From assembly GCA_020630115.1 (NCBI GenBank), contig JAHDCA010000002.1:1-25903 (forward strand): a DNA stretch of 25,903 nt. The letters run 5' to 3'. The stretch is from Candidatus Dojkabacteria bacterium (GTDB taxonomy: Bacteria; Patescibacteriota; Dojkabacteria; SC72; JAHDCA01). Below the pieces are notes generated by a model that saw only the letters and a program-made list of their open reading frames with translations, was not told where the DNA came from and did not search any database. Both the position numbers and the translations under genes were made by a program. Shown in pieces: positions 7,673 to 15,430 of the stretch. Positions within the stretch are counted from its first letter, which is position 1; each line of letters opens with the position of its first letter.

Positions 7673-9445
7673 GTGAGAAAAGAATGGAATAAAAACAAAT
7701 TTGATCCAACAGGCTATCTTTACGAGATCGGAAACATCCTAAAACTCATCGAAAAGTCTGAAAAATGGAACGCTGATATCTTAAGAAAAGCCCTGAAACA
7801 ATTCCCCAAAGATGGGAAGGAACTATTCTCTAAAGATCAGTTACTTGCAGGATACAAAGAGCTTATCGCGCAAGGCAAGACAGTTGAGAAAGCTATCCTC
7901 AACACTAGACTTAAAATGAAGCCAATGAGAACACACTCAGGTGTTGCTACAGTTACAGTCCTTACCAAACCTTACCCATGCCCCGGCAAATGCATTTTCT
8001 GCCCTAATGACGTAAAGATGCCAAAGAGTTACCTTTCTGATGAACCAGGTGCTCAAAGAGCAGAGCGTAATAACTTTGATCCGTATCTCCAAACTTACAA
8101 TAGGCTTTTGGCTTTGGAAACAATCGGACACAAGGTAAGCAAAGTCGAATTAATTATTCTTGGTGGAACCTGGTCTTTCTACCCTACGCAATATCAAATC
8201 TGGTTTGTTAAAGAATGCTTCAGAGCAATGAATGATTTCGGTAATAAAGACGGGCGGGATACTGTCGAAACTCAGAATATATTTGAAGAAGCAGACAAGA
8301 TCCCTGCTCATTCTAAGGAAGGAAAACTAAAGACTTACAACGATCTGGTCACACATGTTGTTAATGAACAAGGGAGTGAATTTTTTAGCCCAAATGAACT
8401 TTCGGATTGGGAAGAATTATACCAGCAGCATAAAATTAATGAGGTAGCTAAAACAAGATGTGTCGGTCTAGTAATCGAAACAAGACCAGATTATATTGAT
8501 CCTGATGAAGTTATAAAGATTCGAAAGCTTGGAGCAACTAAGGTACAAATCGGTATTCAAAGTTTAAACGATAAGGTTCAAGCTATGAATATGAGGGGAC
8601 ATGGTAGAAGAGAAGCTGGTCAAGCATGTAGCTTACTTAGACAGGCTGGCTTTAAAGTTCATGCACACTGGATGCCAAATCTGTACGGATCGAATCCAGA
8701 GTTAGATATAGCTGATTATGATCAGCTATGGGAAGAAGATGTTAGACCAGACGAGCTCAAGATTTACCCATGTTCGATTATTAAAAATACTAGACTATTT
8801 GAGCTCTACAATGAAGGTAAGTACAAACCTTATACTTATGATGAGTTGCTTAAAGTACTCACAGAGGTTATGCCTCACACTCCACGTTACTGCAGACTAA
8901 CTAGAGTTGTAAGAGATATTCCTTCTACAGATATCGTCGCAGGCAACAAACTTACTAACTTTAGACAAATCGCTGAGAGCGAATTAGATAAAAATGGTGT
9001 ACGTTGTGAATGCATAAGATGTAGAGAGATAAAACTTCAAACAATCACTCATCAAGATATAGAAGTTGAGGAAATTGAATATTCGACTAAAACTTCACAA
9101 GAAGTTTTCATTTCTTTCAAAACTAAAACTGACGATAAGATTTGTGGTTTTTTAAGGCTCTCACTTCCAAACGAAAAATCATTCATTGAAGAGCTCTCAG
9201 ACAACGCTATTATCCGTGAAGTACATGTTTATGGAAAGCTAGTGGGGATCGATAAGGAAAACACGTCAAACTCAAGCCAACATCTTGGGCTCGGTAAACA
9301 AATGATTGCAAGATCCCAGCAGATCGCATCATCCAAAGGCTACTCGAAGATATCAGTAATCTCTGCTATTGGTACTAGAGAATATTACGAGAAACTAGGA
9401 TTCGAGATGAATAGTGACCAACTTTACATGCATAAAGATGCCTAA
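7673..9445 (+). CDS. elp3: Elp3 tRNA uridine(34) acetyltransferase (radical SAM plus GNAT/KAT domain)
   Basis: Motifs KPMRTHSGVATVTVLTKPYPCPGKCIFCP (CxxxCxxC), PKSYLSDEPG, LIILGGTW, GLVIETRPDY, DELKIYPCSII, RLTRVVRDIP, CECIRCRE, IIREVHVYG, QHLGLGKQM and VISAIGTREYYEKLGF. Confidence 0.94.
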   Translation: MRKEWNKNKFDPTGYLYEIGNILKLIEKSEKWNADILRKALKQFPKDGKELFSKDQLLAGYKELIAQGKTVEKAILNTRLKMKPMRTHSGVATVTVLTKPYPCPGKCIFCPNDVKMPKSYLSDEPGAQRAERNNFDPYLQTYNRLLALETIGHKVSKVELIILGGTWSFYPTQYQIWFVKECFRAMNDFGNKDGRDTVETQNIFEEADKIPAHSKEGKLKTYNDLVTHVVNEQGSEFFSPNELSDWEELYQQHKINEVAKTRCVGLVIETRPDYIDPDEVIKIRKLGATKVQIGIQSLNDKVQAMNMRGHGRREAGQACSLLRQAGFKVHAHWMPNLYGSNPELDIADYDQLWEEDVRPDELKIYPCSIIKNTRLFELYNEGKYKPYTYDELLKVLTEVMPHTPRYCRLTRVVRDIPSTDIVAGNKLTNFRQIAESELDKNGVRCECIRCREIKLQTITHQDIEVEEIEYSTKTSQEVFISFKTKTDDKICGFLRLSLPNEKSFIEELSDNAIIREVHVYGKLVGIDKENTSNSSQHLGLGKQMIARSQQIASSKGYSKISVISAIGTREYYEKLGFEMNSDQLYMHKDA

Positions 9446-9490
9446 TGAGAAGCTTCAAACTACAGTGAACACCTTCCAAATCAGAAGTAT

Positions 9491-10882
9491 TTAATCCTCT
9501 TCTTCTATCTCGACAAGTGTTTTAGCATTTAGCTTTTGAATATCAGGTAGTGAACCGCTGTAAACAATTATACCTGCTAACATGAAAATCAAACCTACAA
9601 CTGGCAATAAAAGATTAGAACTACCCAAGATTGAAGCCTTTGGAAGTATTGAATTTGTATAGCCATCGCCGGCAGCGCTAGATCCTGCCCCTCCAGTACC
9701 TGTACCTGCATCTGAGCCAGAGCTACTGGCTGTATCCCCAGAATCAGTAGATCCTGATGATGATGAGCTACTCCCACTATCAGAGCCGTCAACAGTTGCA
9801 ATATCTCCAGACTCTCTAGAGATGTAACTTGCGTAACAGCTATCACCCGTGATCTTTGCACAATCTGTGTAATTAATAGCACCACCCGAGAATATAACAC
9901 CATCTAAAGAGTAACTTGGGTGTGACCAACAGTAATCAGTATTTGTCGAATCATAATACCTTGTTGTTGCAATGAATCCATTATCAGTTACAAGACTACC
10001 ATTTGTTGTATTGTCTAGAAGAAGAGTAGATATACTTGAATACTGCATTGAGTAAAGGTACATCCAGGTCAACCCACTAGAGCCTAAACTCGTTGAAGAA
10101 CCGCAGTACCAATTTGAATTATCAAGGTAAAAAACGCTTGGTTGATTAGCAGGAGCAAAACAAACCTCAGCATTTCCAGGTTGCCCACTTAGTACCCCAC
10201 CATCCATAAGACTTGTATTAATTGTTACATAATCATCGTCATTATCTAATTTGACATTAGTACCACCATCGTAACCATTTGCTGTAAAACCTTCGCAAGA
10301 TAATTGGTTTGCTAATTTAACAGTAATGTTAGAACAACCCTCATTACAAGTTGAGTTTGTTAATGCAGTTGTTTGCAATGCACCTGCACCACCATTATAC
10401 CCAGGGCTTGTTGTACACCATTGAGTAGTTGCATTTGCATAGTAATGTACCCTAGTATAAAAGATCAAGCCATTAGTATATGGATCACCAGACAGCCCAG
10501 TTGTATATGTTGTTGGCAGTCCTGCAACATAGTCCTCGAAAGTTTGTGTTGCAGTATAACCAAATTTTGCTGTTGATGTATATGCACAAGATTCTATAAC
10601 CGACCTCTGCTGGTAATAAGAAGCTGATTGCCCTGCGACAGCCCAACATATCTCTAATTGTTCAGGATCATATGCAGCAGCAGTTGATGTGTTATCGTCA
10701 CCTTGCAATGAGAATGAGAGTGTTTCATCACTAGATACAGAGAGACTTAGACCTGACTGCCCCTTACTTGTCGTTACACCAAAGGCTTGGCAAACAGGAG
10801 CGGCATTAACATCTGAACTCGATATTGAAATCAAGATTAATAAAAATGCAAAAGTAAACAAACTAAAGAGTATTTTTTTCAT
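9491..10882 (-). CDS. Secreted/surface protein with two copies of a 6-Cys domain, a Ser/Gly linker, an LPKAS motif and a C-terminal TM
   Basis: Signal peptide ending VNA-A, internal duplication at aa 31-195 and 196-~355, linker SDSGSSSSSSGSTDSG, then LPKAS and a hydrophobic helix. Confidence 0.85.
   Translation of the reverse strand: MKKILFSLFTFAFLLILISISSSDVNAAPVCQAFGVTTSKGQSGLSLSVSSDETLSFSLQGDDNTSTAAAYDPEQLEICWAVAGQSASYYQQRSVIESCAYTSTAKFGYTATQTFEDYVAGLPTTYTTGLSGDPYTNGLIFYTRVHYYANATTQWCTTSPGYNGGAGALQTTALTNSTCNEGCSNITVKLANQLSCEGFTANGYDGGTNVKLDNDDDYVTINTSLMDGGVLSGQPGNAEVCFAPANQPSVFYLDNSNWYCGSSTSLGSSGLTWMYLYSMQYSSISTLLLDNTTNGSLVTDNGFIATTRYYDSTNTDYCWSHPSYSLDGVIFSGGAINYTDCAKITGDSCYASYISRESGDIATVDGSDSGSSSSSSGSTDSGDTASSSGSDAGTGTGGAGSSAAGDGYTNSILPKASILGSSNLLLPVVGLIFMLAGIIVYSGSLPDIQKLNAKTLVEIEEED
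9818..10792 (-). repeat. Protein-level tandem duplication of a ~165-aa six-cysteine domain
   Basis: Cys at 31/79/99/156/179/183 versus 196/241/260/318/341/349. Matching segments: EICWAVAGQ vs EVCFAPANQ, NGLIFYTR vs NGFIATTR, WCTTSPGY vs YCWSHPSY. Confidence 0.7.
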
Positions 10883-10919
10883 ATTTCTATTTTGTCATCA
10901 TTAATATTAAACTGCAAGC

Positions 10920-12740
10920 TTAATCCCTAAATACTGTAATTGATTTCCAGACCCCAAACATTCCTCGACCACCACTTCCAGCCGTAAATAGTAAGGAAAG
11001 TGCGATTATCGTTAGGAACATACTTATAGTACCTAGAGTTTTTGAGACTTCATCTAGAACCCCGGATTGAGGCAAGACTTCAAATTCTGCATCTACTTTG
11101 TCGCAAGTTAGTCTATTACAGTACGAATTACATTGATCACCTTCACACTCGAAATCAATACCTAAACACTCTCGGCTTTTACAGTATCCTGCATCACAAA
11201 ATCCATCACTGCACTGACTATCTTCACTGCATTGTTCTCCACATAATAATAGCTCTTGCGTATCTTCAAGTATTGTCTTTATAAAGCAGGTATCAACTTC
11301 ACAGTACTGACAACTCTCACTACCTGAGGATATATCACACGTGTGCTTTGGTACAGCCATACATGTGTTTGTATTGCATGTATTTGTTTCAAGATCACAA
11401 CTATATCCAGAACTACAATCACTGTCGACTGAGCAACTAGAGCTACAAGTTCCAGCAGCTACACCCTGCTTAGTTACCTCTTTGCAAGTACCGATCTGAC
11501 AATAGTCACATGTCTCTCCAGGACCGGCATCACATGAGTGAGAATTCGAATTACCTAAATCACATGTTTCACCAGACTCTAAAACACCATTTCCACAAAC
11601 AGGTTCTGAACTTGGATCAGGTGCAGGATTAGTAACAACTCTCGTAGTCGTTTCAGATTCCTCAGTGACTACCACCTCACTGCTACCAGAACACTTACAT
11701 ACACCACCTTGACCGACAACATCTACTTGATGACATCTAAAGCCACCTTTTCCAGGGCTTGTTGAATGAGTACTACTCGAACTAGAGTATGAGCTAATAA
11801 CTGTATCTGAAGTTGGGCAACTATCCCCACCATACTCTACTATGTTATAAGTCCCATCTGCATTAGTCTGTTGACCGCCATCTGGACAAGAGACAATTTC
11901 AAAGCTATCAGAACCGTAGGTAATATTGCAACGAGATTTTGAAGTGCTATCTCCCTGACTACCATCAGTTATTCGATCTGTCCATTCACTTGTATCTAAT
12001 GAAGTATTTTCATAACTTGCAGCTTGCTCCGGACTTAGAGCCCAAGGTTGATCAGAATAAGGGTTGTGGGATGGATTGGTACAACTTCCTGAAGCGAACC
12101 ATCCATATACTGTTTCAATCGTACCATCTGAGTTAGTAATAGTCCCTACTGCATTGCAAGAATACTCGCAGCCATCGGCATTATTCGTATGTTTTTGACC
12201 AGCATAATTCCCATTATGGCATTGATCTCCACCTGCAGGCGATGTAGGTGCAACATATTCTGTTTCGCCTTTATTTAAACTATCCCCTTCTTGAAAATCT
12301 TCACTTATATAGTCACCAGGATTTTGAGTTATTGTATCTGTAAAACCATCACCATCGGCATCATCATTTTCTAGATCAATATCCTCTAGAACTTTTTGAG
12401 TATCGAAACCTTCTGGTAGTCCCCCACCAAGCTGATTTCCATCTTCGTCCGTACCTCCAGATATTGCTCCTGCTTCAATTGCTTTCCCTCTCTCCTCCTC
12501 ATCTTCAGGAACGCTTACTGAATTAGCATTACTTGCCCCACAATCAACAGGGGTTTCAACCCATCGATCCTCTTCTGCAAACCACCAGGTTGTAACACAT
12601 GCTTGAGCATCTGAAGTTGATACTTGTTCATCTGGTTGAATTACTCTATATACAACAAAACCTATTAATAAAATTGCAAAAATTGAAACTGTGCCAAATA
12701 CGATTTTCCCACGTGTTGTTAAGCGGACAATTCTTTCCAT
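10920..12740 (-). CDS. Cys-rich surface protein with an N-terminal anchor, Myxococcus-type Cys-rich repeat (DUF4215-like), LPQSG motif and C-terminal TM
   Basis: TM IVFGTVSIFAILLIGFVVY, acidic DDADGDGFTD, CGNGVLESGETCDLG, CSSSCSVDSDCSSGYSC and CGEQCSEDSQCSDGFC, then LPQSG and a hydrophobic helix. Confidence 0.85.
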   Translation of the reverse strand: MERIVRLTTRGKIVFGTVSIFAILLIGFVVYRVIQPDEQVSTSDAQACVTTWWFAEEDRWVETPVDCGASNANSVSVPEDEEERGKAIEAGAISGGTDEDGNQLGGGLPEGFDTQKVLEDIDLENDDADGDGFTDTITQNPGDYISEDFQEGDSLNKGETEYVAPTSPAGGDQCHNGNYAGQKHTNNADGCEYSCNAVGTITNSDGTIETVYGWFASGSCTNPSHNPYSDQPWALSPEQAASYENTSLDTSEWTDRITDGSQGDSTSKSRCNITYGSDSFEIVSCPDGGQQTNADGTYNIVEYGGDSCPTSDTVISSYSSSSSTHSTSPGKGGFRCHQVDVVGQGGVCKCSGSSEVVVTEESETTTRVVTNPAPDPSSEPVCGNGVLESGETCDLGNSNSHSCDAGPGETCDYCQIGTCKEVTKQGVAAGTCSSSCSVDSDCSSGYSCDLETNTCNTNTCMAVPKHTCDISSGSESCQYCEVDTCFIKTILEDTQELLLCGEQCSEDSQCSDGFCDAGYCKSRECLGIDFECEGDQCNSYCNRLTCDKVDAEFEVLPQSGVLDEVSKTLGTISMFLTIIALSLLFTAGSGGRGMFGVWKSITVFRD

Positions 12741-12748
12741 ACATACAG

Positions 12749-13369
12749 TTAACCTGAAAAGGTTTCGAAATGCAAATTAGTACACCTATCACTCAAATCA
12801 CCAATTGTATTGGATACAAATTCTGATGAGCCACAGATATAAACACCTTCGTTTTCAGCAAACGAAAGATCCGAAAAATCAAACCTACTTTGAGTACTTG
12901 TATTAGTGATACTAACATTAGCACCTTTACCTTCAAAACTCTTCAATTTGTCTGCGAAGAACTCCTGTCCTCTATAGCTTGCAAGTACACGGACCATTAC
13001 TAGTTTACCCTTTATCGCCAGGTCATCCAAAAAAGACAGATGAGGGACTACACCTATGCCCCCAGAGAGAAGAGTCAACTTCTCATAATTTTCATCTATT
13101 TGATAACGCCCCTGCGCTTGTGTAATAAGAATGTCTTCTCCACCGGATATACTCATAAGAGCTTGGGAGAAAAGACTATCTTTCACAATTTCGATTCCAA
13201 ACTTAAGCTCTCCATCAGAAGGGATACTTAAAAAAGAGAACGACCTACTGACCTCGCCAATCCTTATATCACAATACTGACCAGCATCGTAACTATAACC
13301 ATGGGGCCTTTCTAATGTTAGAACACAAAGTCTACCTTGGATTTTCATCTCTATTACTTTAGACAACAT
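12749..13369 (-). CDS. FAD/NAD(P)H-dependent oxidoreductase of the ferredoxin-NADP reductase (FNR) superfamily, no Fe-S domain
   Basis: AGQYCDI, RSFSFLS (RxYS-like), LLSGGIGVVP (GGIGITP-like), YICGS and C-terminal FETF. Confidence 0.9.
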   Translation of the reverse strand: MLSKVIEMKIQGRLCVLTLERPHGYSYDAGQYCDIRIGEVSRSFSFLSIPSDGELKFGIEIVKDSLFSQALMSISGGEDILITQAQGRYQIDENYEKLTLLSGGIGVVPHLSFLDDLAIKGKLVMVRVLASYRGQEFFADKLKSFEGKGANVSITNTSTQSRFDFSDLSFAENEGVYICGSSEFVSNTIGDLSDRCTNLHFETFSG

Positions 13370-13631
13370 AATAAAGGATATAGATTGACCAAATAATTAC
13401 AGAGAGCGTTAGAAAGATGCCAATTATTTTGTAAGTAAGGGATCGTCGAAAGAATTTCACAATAGCAACAAAGATTGAAATAACCTGAACACCAAAAGCA
13501 ACTAGTAACCCGATTGAGGCTGAAATCAGTGGTGCGGCCTCTGGTACTATTACAGGAATAGCGTTAATAGTTGAACTAAATGTGCTAAAAACCAAAACTA
13601 AATACAACAAACTCTTAATAAATTTTTTCAT
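13359..13631 (-). CDS. Small membrane protein (signal-like segment plus 2 TM helices), 90 aa
   Basis: Start reassigned to ATG 13631, which overlaps the upstream stop as TAATG. Sequence MKKFIKSLLYLVLVF...INA-IPVIVP... with two further hydrophobic helices. Confidence 0.7.
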   Translation of the reverse strand: MKKFIKSLLYLVLVFSTFSSTINAIPVIVPEAAPLISASIGLLVAFGVQVISIFVAIVKFFRRSLTYKIIGIFLTLSVIIWSIYILYYVV

Positions 13632-14791
13632 TACAGTACTATATGGTTCAAATAAGATTCTGAATTCTGAAAACACGACTCACGTATCTCACCTGAGAAC
13701 ATATCACAGTATATGTTGGTAAATTCAAGGCTTTGGGAATTATCAATTAAAGCATTAGTTACTCCACTATTACAAATCGAGGTGTATTCAGGTACTTGTC
13801 TACATGCGTTAAACGCCCTTTTAGGATTGCCTAGACGCACAGAGTTACTTAAATCTCTCCCAATGCTAGTAAAACACGATTCTACCAATCGCGTTTTATT
13901 TTCATACTCAGTCATACTAAATATCTTCGAGCATTCTTGAGCAAGCGTTTCATCATCAGGCGCAAATTCAAGCATGATACTAGTCTGCATCATATAGCAA
14001 TCAACTTGATGCGCAGAATCAACTTTCGTACAAGGATAATGATAATCACCAACAATTATATCTCTTTGGCTCTTATCAAATGCAGTAACATTTTCCATAA
14101 ACAAACCACCGTAACAAGAAGACCTCTCAAATTGACTTGATAATGTATCACAAACTTTTAATCCATCCCGAATATCGTAGTCGATTGAGTAAAGTATTGC
14201 GTGACCAACACCGTGAAGACAGTTAAAGATTTCAAAATCAGTAGGGTTATTAAAGTTTTCTCTATCACATGCACTAGGGACCTTCTCATACAAGTCATCC
14301 AAAGTTATATGCTGTTTGCCATTAGCTATATCTTCCTTAGTAAGAAAAAGTCTTTCCATCACTCCATGGTAGCAACCTGAATGACACGTAAAATCACATG
14401 CATCGAATGCATCACCGACTTGACCATACTTATCAAGAGAGTAGCGACCAATCGCATGAGTCATAGGGTGACAGAAATTTTCAATTTCTTCATCTCGGCG
14501 GTTGTTTTCAAGTATAGATAGCAACTCTTTGATACTTTTGTCTCCAGCATACTCTTCTATAAAATCCGAATAGCAGTTATCGATATCCTCTTGTGGTAAC
14601 TCAAGGCATTCTTTTATATCTAGGAAATTAGAGTCAGATACATTTTCAGGTATAATTTTAATTATTATATACCCAGCTAATATAACAATAAGAATAACTT
14701 GAATCTTAATAAACCAATCTATCCAATTACGAGATATATTAGCAAGACTAATTCTTATTTGTTTATTTTCGTTTTTATATTTTTTACTCAT
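13631..14791 (-). CDS. Membrane-anchored protein with His/Cys helical repeats (uncharacterised, possibly metal-binding)
   Basis: N-terminal TM followed by recurring CHPMTHAIGR, CHSGCYHGVME, CLHGVGHAIL, CYGGLFMEN, CYMMQTS, CFTSIGRDL and CNSGVTNAL. Confidence 0.85.
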   Translation of the reverse strand: MSKKYKNENKQIRISLANISRNWIDWFIKIQVILIVILAGYIIIKIIPENVSDSNFLDIKECLELPQEDIDNCYSDFIEEYAGDKSIKELLSILENNRRDEEIENFCHPMTHAIGRYSLDKYGQVGDAFDACDFTCHSGCYHGVMERLFLTKEDIANGKQHITLDDLYEKVPSACDRENFNNPTDFEIFNCLHGVGHAILYSIDYDIRDGLKVCDTLSSQFERSSCYGGLFMENVTAFDKSQRDIIVGDYHYPCTKVDSAHQVDCYMMQTSIMLEFAPDDETLAQECSKIFSMTEYENKTRLVESCFTSIGRDLSNSVRLGNPKRAFNACRQVPEYTSICNSGVTNALIDNSQSLEFTNIYCDMFSGEIRESCFQNSESYLNHIVL

Positions 14792-15430
14792 TCATTCTTT
14801 TTAACAAACTTTACTCTTGCACATTCAAATAATAATTGGCTTCGGGTAAATGATAGTACATTCGTGACTGAGAATCCAATTGATACACTACCCCTCCTTG
14901 CCAATTCGGCACACTTCCTCGAAGGCAATTTTAGGATCAATGAAAGTATGAAGTTCGAAGTTTTTGTAAATGAATTGGGGTACGAAGCTAAACCAAATAT
15001 CCAGTGGACAATTGATGATAAGAGTTCAGTTGGAGAAACCTTCGAGTTCACACCTACCAGAAACGGGATGCATACTATTAATTTAAAGATAGGAATTACT
15101 TCGGAGGAAATCGACTTCAACGTTGGGCTTATACATATCGAGCCTAATATAAAAATTTCTAGAAAAGAGGTTAAAGTCCTAAATAGTGATGACTATGAAA
15201 GCATTAAGTTTTACACTTTGGATAACATCTACGAGTCCGATAAGATCGAGAAAAATAATCACGAGCTAATTATTTTGGAAGTTGTTGATAAAGATGGCAA
15301 TACACATCTAGAGGAGATTGAGACTACAAGAAGCTTAGATCTAGACGTGCAAGCTCTCTTCGCAATGGGTTTACTTCTAGTAAGCTTAATGATCAGTAAA
15401 TTTTACTTGGCAAAAATCAAAGATGATTAG
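14759..15430 (+). CDS. Exported PKD/Ig-like domain protein with C-terminal TM (start uncertain: TTG 14699, TTG 14759, GTG 14864 or ATG 14948)
   Basis: Signal-like FIFVFIFFTHSFFLTNFTLA-H, PKD-like IQWTIDDKSSVGETFEFTPTRNGMHTINLKI and C-terminal TM ALFAMGLLLVSLMI. Confidence 0.65.
   Translation: MFIFVFIFFTHSFFLTNFTLAHSNNNWLRVNDSTFVTENPIDTLPLLANSAHFLEGNFRINESMKFEVFVNELGYEAKPNIQWTIDDKSSVGETFEFTPTRNGMHTINLKIGITSEEIDFNVGLIHIEPNIKISRKEVKVLNSDDYESIKFYTLDNIYESDKIEKNNHELIILEVVDKDGNTHLEEIETTRSLDLDVQALFAMGLLLVSLMISKFYLAKIKDD

Noticed and set aside
13631-14791. Multiheme cytochrome c
   Set aside because: There is no canonical CxxCH (only CDFTCH and CHSGCYH) and no cytochrome c maturation genes in the window.
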